From positions 1-59,585 of the forward strand of contig JAZTYU010000002.1 of NCBI GenBank assembly GCA_045637165.1: a DNA stretch of 59,585 nt. Direction: 5' to 3'. Under the pieces are notes generated by a model. It was not told the origin of the DNA, ran no database searches, and saw nothing but the letters and a program-made list of their open reading frames with translations. The translations under genes and the position numbers were made by a program. Origin of the DNA: Candidatus Enterousia sp. (GTDB lineage Bacteria; Pseudomonadota; Alphaproteobacteria; Rs-D84). Position 1 is the first letter of the stretch; every line of letters begins with the position of its first letter. Of the stretch, positions 7,211 to 15,624 are shown piece by piece.

Positions 7211-8305
7211 ATGAGAAGTACTTTCAAAGAATTTGCACGATTAGAGGGCGAAGAATTAAAAAATTTTTTTAATGATGCTGTTATTGTATTTGATACAAAT
7301 ATCTTATTAAGCTTGTATACTATTTCAGATAAGGCGAAAGTAGATGTTTTTGACATGATGAAGGCTCTTGAATGTCAACTATGGTTGCCACATAAGGTTG
7401 CGGAAGAGTTTTATTGTTCGCGTCCCCAAAAAATGGATGAAGCGTATATATTTAGAAAAGCAGTGTTTACTTTGTTAGATAATGCGGTTAAGCAGACGTC
7501 TGACAGATGTTGTTTTTATAAAGAGTTGTCCAAAAGTGTTGCTAATTTAAAGGAACACATAGATAAAATTATACTATCGCGTAAACAAGATTATGAAACT
7601 GATACAGTTGTTGATACGTTAGAAAAGTACTTTGAAGGAAAAGTTGGGGATAAGTTTTCTGATGAACGATACGAAGAAATAGAAAACGAATTTCAGAAAC
7701 GGATTAACAATAAAGATAATTGCCCTGGCGGACAAGATAAGCAAAAAAAGTTTAATTCTAGCGGTGATTATATTATTTGGAATCAAATGATAGAACATTC
7801 AAAAGAAATACAAAAAAACATTATTTTTGTTACAGATGAACAAAAGTCTGACTGGTGTGCAAAAATTGGTGAACAGAAAGTAGCTAGACCAGATTTGTTA
7901 ATTGAATTTAAGAAAAAAACAGATGGTTGTTTAATTAAAATTTATAATTTCGAACACTTTTCAGAAGTGTATAACAAACAAAAAACTAATAAAATAAATA
8001 AAGAAACCACAAAAGAAGTTAAAGAGCATATATCGTCTAGTGAAAAGATGTTAAGGTCTTTAAATAAATGGAGTCGTATGTTGGCAAAGCAATCAGAAAT
8101 TTATAAAAATTTAACCTTTAGCGACGCTCTGCTTAATAACATTAATTCTGCACGTCATTTATCAGATATTACATCTCAAATGAATACCTATAACGAGGCA
8201 GCAAAGGCTTGTATTTTTCCTTCATACATGCCTGTTCAAGCAGACTTGTTTGGACAAGAGAATATCCTTTCTCCCGAAGAACTTTTTGGAAGTAAAGACC
8301 CCTGA
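7211..8305 (+). CDS. PIN-like (DUF4935-type) domain protein, last gene of the R-M operon
   Basis: AVIVFDTNILLSLY, LPHKVAEEF and IIFVTDEQKSDW acidic motifs. AAGGAA upstream; 15-nt gap after the nuclease gene. Confidence 0.6.
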   Translation: MRSTFKEFARLEGEELKNFFNDAVIVFDTNILLSLYTISDKAKVDVFDMMKALECQLWLPHKVAEEFYCSRPQKMDEAYIFRKAVFTLLDNAVKQTSDRCCFYKELSKSVANLKEHIDKIILSRKQDYETDTVVDTLEKYFEGKVGDKFSDERYEEIENEFQKRINNKDNCPGGQDKQKKFNSSGDYIIWNQMIEHSKEIQKNIIFVTDEQKSDWCAKIGEQKVARPDLLIEFKKKTDGCLIKIYNFEHFSEVYNKQKTNKINKETTKEVKEHISSSEKMLRSLNKWSRMLAKQSEIYKNLTFSDALLNNINSARHLSDITSQMNTYNEAAKACIFPSYMPVQADLFGQENILSPEELFGSKDP

Positions 8306-8312
8306 TACTAAA

Positions 8313-8450
8313 TTACCCCAATAATCCCAGTATTGAATTGGTGGCGCGTTGCATGGATTCACGGACGGGGTCACAGGATAATCTGGCATAGATTTGGGTG
8401 GCGGCGGTGGACCGATGCCCCAGCGACTGGCCGATGATGTGCAGGCTGGA
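8313..8450 (-). pseudogene. C-terminal remnant of a tyrosine recombinase/integrase
   Basis: Minus-strand translation IIGQSLGHRSTAATQIYARLSCDPVRESMQRATNSI matches the LGH-x-S-x(3)T-x(2)Y catalytic-Tyr box. No upstream integrase sequence. Confidence 0.55.
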
Positions 8451-8458
8451 TCCGGTGA

Positions 8459-8899
8459 TGGCCTGGTAACTGCCCATTGTGCGAAACTGGCACATACAGC
8501 CCTGGTGGCACAAACCAATGTAGTGCATGCGAATATAAGCCAAGCAATTCCGAATTTACTGGCACAGGCACCGCTAGCAATAATTGCCCGTGGACATGCA
8601 ATGACGGCTTTGCATTGACCGATGCACTTACCTGTGTAAAAGGGTGTACAGCAGGTATCACATGCCTAAAAACGAGCAGCGGCTTACAAATACAGCTGTA
8701 TAACGACAAACCAAGTGTTCCTGCAATTAACATAAAACTTGATAATGGCCAGATGTGTTATGCGGCACTTTCCGCTAAACCAAAGGCAGATTGCGAATAC
8801 AAAAACGCACTGCATATTATATACAACAACAAAGATTATTATACATCAGATACAGGAACGTTAAAAGACCCAAGCATGCAAAACTATTGCAGTGAATAA
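8459..8899 (+). pseudogene. 5'-truncated Cys-rich (CxxC-GTY type) surface-protein gene fragment
   Basis: Frame opens right after a TGA at 8456-8458: WPGNCPLCETGTYSPGGTNQCSACEY... There is no signal peptide and only a TTG start. A good terminator follows. Confidence 0.4.
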
Positions 8900-8902
8900 A
8901 AA

Positions 8903-8935
8903 ACCGCCCGGGTGGGCGGTGTTGTCTTTTATTTT
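8903..8935. terminator. Bidirectional terminator between convergent genes
   Basis: Stem ACCGCCC/GGGCGGT (8903-8909/8914-8920), then a T-rich tail. Confidence 0.6.
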
Positions 8936-8941
8936 CCAAGA

Positions 8942-11900
8942 TTAAAATTCATACCTGAAATTCATACGACCTGTTTGAGAGGTATAGTTTGAACGTGCCT
9001 GAATGTCATAATTTAATGATATTTCCAGACCGTTATAGTTTGTGCCTATGCCAAGACCAACCTCGTTCGCAATGCGTGATAAATGCTGACTATTCAACAC
9101 ATACGAATTTACCCCTGGCATTGAAACCAACATAGTGTTTTCATCAGATATTAAATCGTATTTGATTGCATAATGCAACTGGGGACGAATTATCCAACCA
9201 TTGTTCATAAAGATATCAAATTCATATTTGGTGGATAATGATGCAGTCAAATAATCCGCACCGTCCATATGATTTTTTATACCCAATGAATTAGTATAGT
9301 CTGATGAATTTATGTGCATATATTCCATTGCTAATTCTGGGGTTATGCCGCCAATGAAATCATACCCACTGGCAAGACGTGCACCAAAAGTGTCGATATC
9401 ATAATCTGATGTGACACCAACATTAAATGCCCTGCCCCGTTCGTTATAATCGGACATTGTATAGTTTACAATCGCACTGGCATACCATTGACTGGGCTTA
9501 TACTGTCCATAGACGAATACAGTCGACGAATCAACGTCTGTATCACGGCTGATGGCACTGATGTCCGAATGTGCAAACATATATCCCATACCCAATGTCC
9601 AGACTTCGTTTATAGTTCCATCAACACCCAGTGCAACACCACGTGTATAACCGTTAAAGTTATCATTTAATTTTGACTTGTTATATAAGCCTTGGGCCCA
9701 AACACCACCAAAATCAAGATTCGCATCACCACCACTGCGTCCAAGTCCTGACATAGCCAGACGATTTGAAAGCAAGGTCGAAATTGTGTGCTGTGATGAG
9801 GTGGCAACAGACTGGGGGATGGCCGCCCGTTCTGGATTTATTGCCAGCCCTGTCTGTTCAACAGACGCAAGATCAGATGGTGTGCCAGATGATAACTTTT
9901 CCTGGAATGCAACAGACAAATCATTCAATCGTGCAGACGATGATTCTGATACACTGGAAATTACACGGGCTGTGTCTTGGGTTATGTTGTTTTCCTGGGC
10001 AATATCAGATACAGACTTTGTCGTTGCTGTGACAGCCCCACCATTCCAGGTTAAATCATAGACCGAACTGCTGATGTCAACATTATCAAAAGTCTGATTA
10101 CCAAAAACCTGGTATGTGCCAGCATGGTCAAATGACAGTTTTAATTTGCCGTTGCCTGTAAAACCGCCGTCATTATTGACCGTAATTTGGCCAGTTTCAC
10201 CACTGCGTAATGTCGCCAACATCGTTCCGTCCAAAGCAATCGCACCTTGGGTTATGTCAGATGTGCCTATATTCAATGTTGTGCCAGACGCAATGTTCAA
10301 TGTCCCTGTGCCTGTTATGCCACCGTTTAATGTTGTATCGCCATTGAAATTGACGGTGCCATCGTTATGGATATCATTGGCCACGCCGCCAGCGGTATTT
10401 CCAGAAAAGACGGTTGTGCCATTAAATGTCATGGTGTCATTATTATAGACCGCCCCACCAATACCACCGGCAGAGTTATTGCGGAATGTTGTGTTGCCAT
10501 TAAACACGATTGTTGATGTGCCTGTTGTGCCGTTATCAGCGGCAACTGCATTCCATATTGCACCGCCGTCCATTGCAGACGTATTGCCAGAAAATGTTGT
10601 CGTACCGTTGACCACAATGTCTGAATTTGCAGTATCGCCATCAAATGCACGTGCAACAATTGCACCACCATAGGCATTGGATTTGTTTGACGTAAATGTA
10701 TTTACGCTGTCGCTAGTGCCGATAATTAAACTGGCGGTATTTGTGTTGCCACGATTATGAATTGCACCGCCACCGCTTTTTATGTTCCCTGTATCACTTG
10801 CAACGTTGTTCGAAAATGTATTTTTAGCAGATAATAAAGTTAAATCACCAGCATTAAAGATTGCACCACCATATCCTGAGTCTGATTTGTTCCCTGTGAA
10901 CGATATCTGGGACGCATCAAATGTTATGCTGCCGCCGTTGTCCAAGGCACCGGCGGTGCTGGTTGTAGTGTTTGAACTAAACAATATTTTACCAGTTGTG
11001 TCTGCTGTTATGGTGCCTGAATTTTTCAGACCGCCACCATTGCTGCCGGTATTATTGGTAAACGTCATATCACCAGCACTCAATGAAACGTTGCCGGTAT
11101 TTACCAGTGCACCGTTATACGTGTTTGTGTTATTGTTAAAATCTGCACCATTTGCAAATATAACTGATGCATTTGCAGAGTTGTTCAACAATGTTCCAAC
11201 ACCTGAATTTTCTGAAAAGATAGCTGTGCCTTTGAATTCAAGGGTCTGGGCATTTTCAGATAAATATATTGCAGATGCACCACCTGCTGAATTCTTTGTA
11301 AAAGTCGTCGCCGCATCAAATGTTGTATTGCCACCCATTATCGCCAATGCACCACCATTTTTTGTTGCTGTATTATTTGCAAATGATGTTGGGCCATTGA
11401 ATATTATATCACCTGCGCTTAAAACTGCACCGCCCTGGGACGCAGATTCATTACCTGAAAAATTTGCGGCACCATTAAAGATAATCATACCATTGCGATG
11501 ATTGATTGCACCGCCACCTGCATAAACACCATTCATTGACTGGGTGACCAGGTTGTTTGCAAATTCTGCGTCTTCAAAAAATATAATATCTGGGTTGGTG
11601 GCATTGCCCATACCATAGTTAAATATCGCACCACCGCCATTTGCGTTATTGGTGCTGTTGTCTGCAAAGGTTGTTGGACCAGCAAATAAAATCTTGCCAC
11701 CTTGGGTGTAGCCAGAGCCTGATGTTGATGCCAACCAACCATTTCCTATAACCCCACCCATACCGCCATTATTTAATGAATTTCCAGAAAATAATGTTTC
11801 GCCCTGAAATGCCAGAACAACGTCTGGGACATCTTGCATATAAAATACGCCGCCGTTGTTCGCAGTCGTAGATGCAATATTTTCAGCAACAGCATCTGTA

Positions 11901-12019
11901 TAAGTTGTATCCGTTGAAATTACCTGGCGTTGGGTAATTGTTTCAGCCATTGCCGGCATTATAAATAACGCAGGCAAGACTGATACACCAATCAAAGTAT
12001 TGTAAAAGTGTTTTTTCAT
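8942..12019 (-). CDS. Autotransporter with polymorphic-membrane-protein (Pmp) type GGA[ILV]/FxxN repeats
   Basis: Signal peptide MKKHFYNTLIGVSVLPALFIMPAMA. More than 10 GGAI/GGAV plus FSGN/FTNN repeats. C-terminal beta-domain ends RYEF. Confidence 0.85.
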   Translation of the reverse strand: MKKHFYNTLIGVSVLPALFIMPAMAETITQRQVISTDTTYTDAVAENIASTTANNGGVFYMQDVPDVVLAFQGETLFSGNSLNNGGMGGVIGNGWLASTSGSGYTQGGKILFAGPTTFADNSTNNANGGGAIFNYGMGNATNPDIIFFEDAEFANNLVTQSMNGVYAGGGAINHRNGMIIFNGAANFSGNESASQGGAVLSAGDIIFNGPTSFANNTATKNGGALAIMGGNTTFDAATTFTKNSAGGASAIYLSENAQTLEFKGTAIFSENSGVGTLLNNSANASVIFANGADFNNNTNTYNGALVNTGNVSLSAGDMTFTNNTGSNGGGLKNSGTITADTTGKILFSSNTTTSTAGALDNGGSITFDASQISFTGNKSDSGYGGAIFNAGDLTLLSAKNTFSNNVASDTGNIKSGGGAIHNRGNTNTASLIIGTSDSVNTFTSNKSNAYGGAIVARAFDGDTANSDIVVNGTTTFSGNTSAMDGGAIWNAVAADNGTTGTSTIVFNGNTTFRNNSAGGIGGAVYNNDTMTFNGTTVFSGNTAGGVANDIHNDGTVNFNGDTTLNGGITGTGTLNIASGTTLNIGTSDITQGAIALDGTMLATLRSGETGQITVNNDGGFTGNGKLKLSFDHAGTYQVFGNQTFDNVDISSSVYDLTWNGGAVTATTKSVSDIAQENNITQDTARVISSVSESSSARLNDLSVAFQEKLSSGTPSDLASVEQTGLAINPERAAIPQSVATSSQHTISTLLSNRLAMSGLGRSGGDANLDFGGVWAQGLYNKSKLNDNFNGYTRGVALGVDGTINEVWTLGMGYMFAHSDISAISRDTDVDSSTVFVYGQYKPSQWYASAIVNYTMSDYNERGRAFNVGVTSDYDIDTFGARLASGYDFIGGITPELAMEYMHINSSDYTNSLGIKNHMDGADYLTASLSTKYEFDIFMNNGWIIRPQLHYAIKYDLISDENTMLVSMPGVNSYVLNSQHLSRIANEVGLGIGTNYNGLEISLNYDIQARSNYTSQTGRMNFRYEF

Positions 12020-12079
12020 ACGTTGTCCTTTGTTGTATTGTTTAGTGTTAACGTATGTTCAGATATACACTTTGTTGGC

Positions 12080-12119
12080 AAAAAAATAACTAGGTTCGTT
12101 TTCATATACGAACCTAGTT
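12080..12119 (-). terminator. Rho-independent terminator of the 115-aa gene
   Basis: 11-bp stem 12088-12098/12109-12119. The A-run 12080-12087 is a T-run on the minus strand. Confidence 0.6.
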
Positions 12120-12158
12120 GAATTTAATGTCCCCCCAGCCTGAGTGGACGGTTGCGTT

Positions 12159-12506
12159 TTATCGAGCCTTGTCAACCATTGTGGTTAAGGTATCCAGCAT
12201 ACCATCAATCGCATCAGTTGTAGCCTTTATCCCCTGTTGAACGCTTTCGTTCATGTTCCCTGTCATCAATTGCAGATTACGCATTTGTTCAAGACGTGTT
12301 CGTGGGGCATCAAAAACCAGTGCATCACACAATTTTGATTGCCCTTCTATCATGACACGTGTATGTTCAACACCTTCGTTAAAGCCAGGAATGTTTTTCC
12401 CCTTGGCACGGTTAACCAACATTGACAATCTGGCGGCACGTTTTTGTAATTCAGCCTGGGCGGCATCAACACGTTGATTTATAATATCCGTTTTTTGCTC
12501 TGCCAT
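12159..12506 (-). CDS. 115-aa predicted helical hypothetical protein
   Basis: ORF with its own terminator. No recognisable motif. Confidence 0.55.
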   Translation of the reverse strand: MAEQKTDIINQRVDAAQAELQKRAARLSMLVNRAKGKNIPGFNEGVEHTRVMIEGQSKLCDALVFDAPRTRLEQMRNLQLMTGNMNESVQQGIKATTDAIDGMLDTLTTMVDKAR

Positions 12507-12642
12507 TTTTTAACTCCTTTTTGTTTTCGTATATTTTATCATATTTTTCAAGAAAAAACAAAATTAAAATCCCCCATTGACAAAAGACCTTGGCCGTGGG
12601 GGGATTGACGATTAAAGGAAAGTTATAGAAGAATGATGTAGT

Positions 12643-12822
12643 TTATCGTGTAAAACTTAAACGACCACTGTCATCATAGACATATATTATACTTCCTTTG
12701 CGAATGCTGACAGAAGCCCCCGTAAAACCGTGCAACTCACCGTTTTGTGTGAATTTCAATCTGCCGCATTCATCGTAAACGTAAACTATGCTGCCACGCT
12801 GTGTAGCTGTGCTGATTGCCAT
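12643..12822 (-). CDS. 59-aa protein made of two YD-repeat-like units
   Basis: ATG at 12822 preceded by AAGGAG. GSIVYVYDECGRLKF and GSIIYVYDDSGRLSF both fit YxYDxxGRL. The longer 121-aa ORF would overlap the neighbouring promoter and gene. Confidence 0.55.
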   Translation of the reverse strand: MAISTATQRGSIVYVYDECGRLKFTQNGELHGFTGASVSIRKGSIIYVYDDSGRLSFTR

Positions 12823-12897
12823 TTTTGACTCCTTTGGTTGGCGTTCGGTTTTATAATAAAATACTCGCCAGACAAATTTGGTCGTCCTAGATAAAAT

Positions 12898-12926
12898 TTC
12901 AAAAAATCCGCCTTTTGTGCTATAAT
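12898..12926 (+). promoter_or_regulatory. Candidate promoter with an extended -10 (TGcTATAAT)
   Basis: TTCAAA (12898-12903), 17-nt spacer, TATAAT (12921-12926) preceded by TGC. Confidence 0.35.
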
Positions 12927-12949
12927 TGTCCAGAAACAAGGATTTTTCT

Positions 12950-15115
12950 ATGGCCAAAAAAAGTATGTATGAGATTATCAAAAAACAAAATGGTGAACGT
13001 TTTGCCAAGGCAATTCGAAACTATGACAATGGTATTTTTGATATTCCAAATATTGATAAAATCGTAAAATACGCAGGGCGTGAGGCCGAGCCTATTATGA
13101 ACTATCTGGTATCCCTAAAACAGGTGCGCATCGAAGAAATGGCGGTGCATATGGACCCTGTTATGCTGCTAAAAAAGGCAGGATATGACGCATACGTTGC
13201 AGACACACTGCAAAAACAAAATGCAATAAAAAAATACTTTGCCAGGGGTGAAGAACTGTGCACCTTTAACGACCCGTATCGATTTGAAAATTACTATATA
13301 ATCAATGCTGTTCATGAAAACGCAGAAAAATTAAATCGTGCGGACTTTGACGACCCAAAACGTGAGGACGAATATGGAACATCGGTTATTTCAATCCAGG
13401 TCCTAAAAGACGGCGGTTTTATCAGCATAAAAAACAGATATAATCACACAATTGAAAATCCAGATAATACGTTTAATTCGAATCCTGACAATATTATCCC
13501 AGGTCTAGCCGATGCAATCAGACACTATTTTGATGTCGATTTTTCAGCCGGAAATGTCGCTTTGCCACATGGCTTTGTAATGATAAACAATCAGATTTGT
13601 CGATACAATTCAGAAATCAACAATATATATTTTGGCAGCGATTTTGTTGCCAAAGACGGCGTTATCACACGCCTGAACACACAATACGAAATGATGTTGG
13701 GACGTGGGATAATATTGAATTTACAATCCAAGCAGGTTGAAAATATTGCAACAGAAGAGCCAGATGGACGCTTTGTCGAAGATGCAATACGTGATAAAAA
13801 AATCCAAGTCGCAAATAACCTGGATGGCAGTAAAAGCCTGGTCGCTGATGGAAAAACTGTGATAGAGGTAAAAGATGGCGAAATTGTCTATGTAAATACG
13901 CCCGATGCCGAAGAAATAAATTTAGACGGTTTCAAAAAACTGCGTGGTCCATTGGATTTCAGTCGGGTAAAAAGATTAAAAATTACGGAGGCCAATTTCG
14001 CAAAAGCCGGCCACGATATAATATTTAATCCAAACGCCGAGGAAATTCGGGTGTCTGGGTATATGAATATGAACAAGCGACGGACATTTAATTTCGGAAA
14101 TGTCAAAAGGTTGATTACCACAAATATGACCGCTGAAAAAATGATTCTGAACCCAAATGCCTATGAAATATCACTGCAAGACGTGCAGTTAAACGAAAGG
14201 CAATCGTTCGATTTTAGTGGGGTAAAAAAACTGAATTTGTCTGCGGGATACAACATAAACGTCCCAGAAGCAACAATTGAAAATACAAAATTTGACCCAA
14301 GGCCATACGAAATTTCACTGGCATCGGTGCGACTGAAAAGCGATATGCAATTGCAACATATCGAAAAATTAGTATTGCGTGAAATTACATTGGCCCCAGA
14401 ATGTCGCATAAAAATCAACCAAGCACAAATCGTTCGTCTTGAAACCATCGAAGGAATGCAGGGTCAATGGGATTTTAGTGGGGTTGAAAATCTTGTTATT
14501 GATGATACAGACCTGAAAAAAGTGACGGAACTACGATTTAACCCACGGGCCAATGCAATTCATTTACAATTTAGGGCTGGCCATAACAAAGCAACTTTCT
14601 TTGCGGACAAGGTTCTGGACCTGGGTGGGGCAAGAGATGTGTTACTGAACAATATTTCTGGAATAAAGCAGTTAAGACTGAATCCAAATGCAAAAAAAGT
14701 TATCATATCAAATGTTATCAATATTCACGGCCTAATCGATGCCGGTAATGTCGATTTCTTGCGGATGAACGACGTTAAATTGTCGGGCGACGCAAGCATC
14801 AAATTAAACCCAAATGCATCACAGATTGAATTACGAAATGTAAAGGGGTTGCGTGGTGCTTTGGATTTTTCAAACGTTGCGGTGATTGATTTAACCGGAA
14901 CAGATTTAAGCGAAATCACAGAAATAAAAACGCACCCTAATGCACGTATAACCGGGGACGTAGATTCACTGTTGAAAAAAATGAATAAAAACGCATTGCT
15001 AAACGGCATCAGTGTCATTGAACAAAGACAAATTCAACAAGAAAAAATCAATCAACAGATTGCAAAAGGTGAACTAATTCAAAAATCTGCTTTTAATATT
15101 GATACAAGATTTTAA
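12950..15115 (+). CDS. 722-aa protein: unknown N-terminal domain plus about 8 leucine-rich-repeat-like units; no signal peptide
   Basis: ATG at 12950 after AAGGA. Recurring DFSxVxxL...NPNAxxIxL units of about 40-48 aa. Confidence 0.8.
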   Translation: MAKKSMYEIIKKQNGERFAKAIRNYDNGIFDIPNIDKIVKYAGREAEPIMNYLVSLKQVRIEEMAVHMDPVMLLKKAGYDAYVADTLQKQNAIKKYFARGEELCTFNDPYRFENYYIINAVHENAEKLNRADFDDPKREDEYGTSVISIQVLKDGGFISIKNRYNHTIENPDNTFNSNPDNIIPGLADAIRHYFDVDFSAGNVALPHGFVMINNQICRYNSEINNIYFGSDFVAKDGVITRLNTQYEMMLGRGIILNLQSKQVENIATEEPDGRFVEDAIRDKKIQVANNLDGSKSLVADGKTVIEVKDGEIVYVNTPDAEEINLDGFKKLRGPLDFSRVKRLKITEANFAKAGHDIIFNPNAEEIRVSGYMNMNKRRTFNFGNVKRLITTNMTAEKMILNPNAYEISLQDVQLNERQSFDFSGVKKLNLSAGYNINVPEATIENTKFDPRPYEISLASVRLKSDMQLQHIEKLVLREITLAPECRIKINQAQIVRLETIEGMQGQWDFSGVENLVIDDTDLKKVTELRFNPRANAIHLQFRAGHNKATFFADKVLDLGGARDVLLNNISGIKQLRLNPNAKKVIISNVINIHGLIDAGNVDFLRMNDVKLSGDASIKLNPNASQIELRNVKGLRGALDFSNVAVIDLTGTDLSEITEIKTHPNARITGDVDSLLKKMNKNALLNGISVIEQRQIQQEKINQQIAKGELIQKSAFNIDTRF
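13913..14996 (+). repeat. Region encoding the tandem LRR-like protein repeats
   Basis: Repeats DFSRVKRLKI..FNPNAEEIRV, NFGNVKRLIT..LNPNAYEISL, DFSGVKKLNL.., DFSGVENLVI..FNPRANAIHL, ..LNPNAKKVII, ..LNPNASQIEL, DFSNVAVIDL..THPNARI. Confidence 0.7.
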
Positions 15116-15136
15116 AATAAACAAAAGGACAAAAAT

Positions 15137-15595
15137 ATGCCAAATCTTAAACTGACGTTAACAACAGGTGATGTTGTGATAAAAATGCTGCCAGAAGTCG
15201 CACCAAAACACGTTGCCAGAATTTCGGAACTGGTAAAATCGGGATTCTATAACGGATTAAAATTTCATCGTGTAATCGATGGCTTTATGGCACAAACAGG
15301 CTGCCCACGTGGGGACGGTATGGGTCGCAGCGGCGTTAGTATCCCCGCTGAATTTTCAGCAGAACCATTTCTGCGTGGGACTGTCGGTATGGCACGGGCA
15401 GCAGACAGAAATTCCGCAGACTCGCAATTTTTTATTTGTTTCCAAAATTCTAGATTCCTGGATGGACAATACACAGTCTGGGGGAATGTTATTTCGGGCA
15501 TGGAAAACGTCGATAAAATCAAACGTGGCGACGATATGGACAATGGACGGGTTGATAATCCAGACAAAATTATCAAGGCAGAAATTATCGATTAA
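15137..15595 (+). CDS. Cyclophilin-type peptidyl-prolyl cis-trans isomerase
   Basis: FHRVIDGFMAQTG, SQFFI and WGNVISGMENVDKI motifs. Confidence 0.9.
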   Translation: MPNLKLTLTTGDVVIKMLPEVAPKHVARISELVKSGFYNGLKFHRVIDGFMAQTGCPRGDGMGRSGVSIPAEFSAEPFLRGTVGMARAADRNSADSQFFICFQNSRFLDGQYTVWGNVISGMENVDKIKRGDDMDNGRVDNPDKIIKAEIID

Positions 15596-15621
15596 AAAAA
15601 ATCCCCAAAATGGGGATTTTT
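15594..15621. terminator. Bidirectional terminator
   Basis: Stem ATCCCCA/TGGGGAT (15601-15607/15611-15617) between an A-run and a T-run. Confidence 0.6.
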
Positions 15622-15624
15622 AGT

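Noticed and set aside
8371-8733. Overlapping ORFs on both strands in the GC-rich patch (8222-8518, 8371-8733, 8394-8618).
   Set aside because: High GC inflates the number of open frames. Only the integrase-tail frame and the Cys-rich frame contain recognisable protein motifs.
9488-11742. Multiple 60-240-aa ORFs antisense or out of frame within the autotransporter gene (for example 10782-11501).
   Set aside because: They are by-products of the repetitive Gly/Ala/Asn-rich coding sequence. They lie entirely inside a well-supported 1025-aa gene, with no SD or independent signals.
12823-13008. A 121-aa version of the small YD-like ORF extending to 13008.
   Set aside because: The extension has no SD and overlaps the promoter and first codons of the divergent 722-aa gene. 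The internal ATG at 12822 has a perfect AAGGAG.
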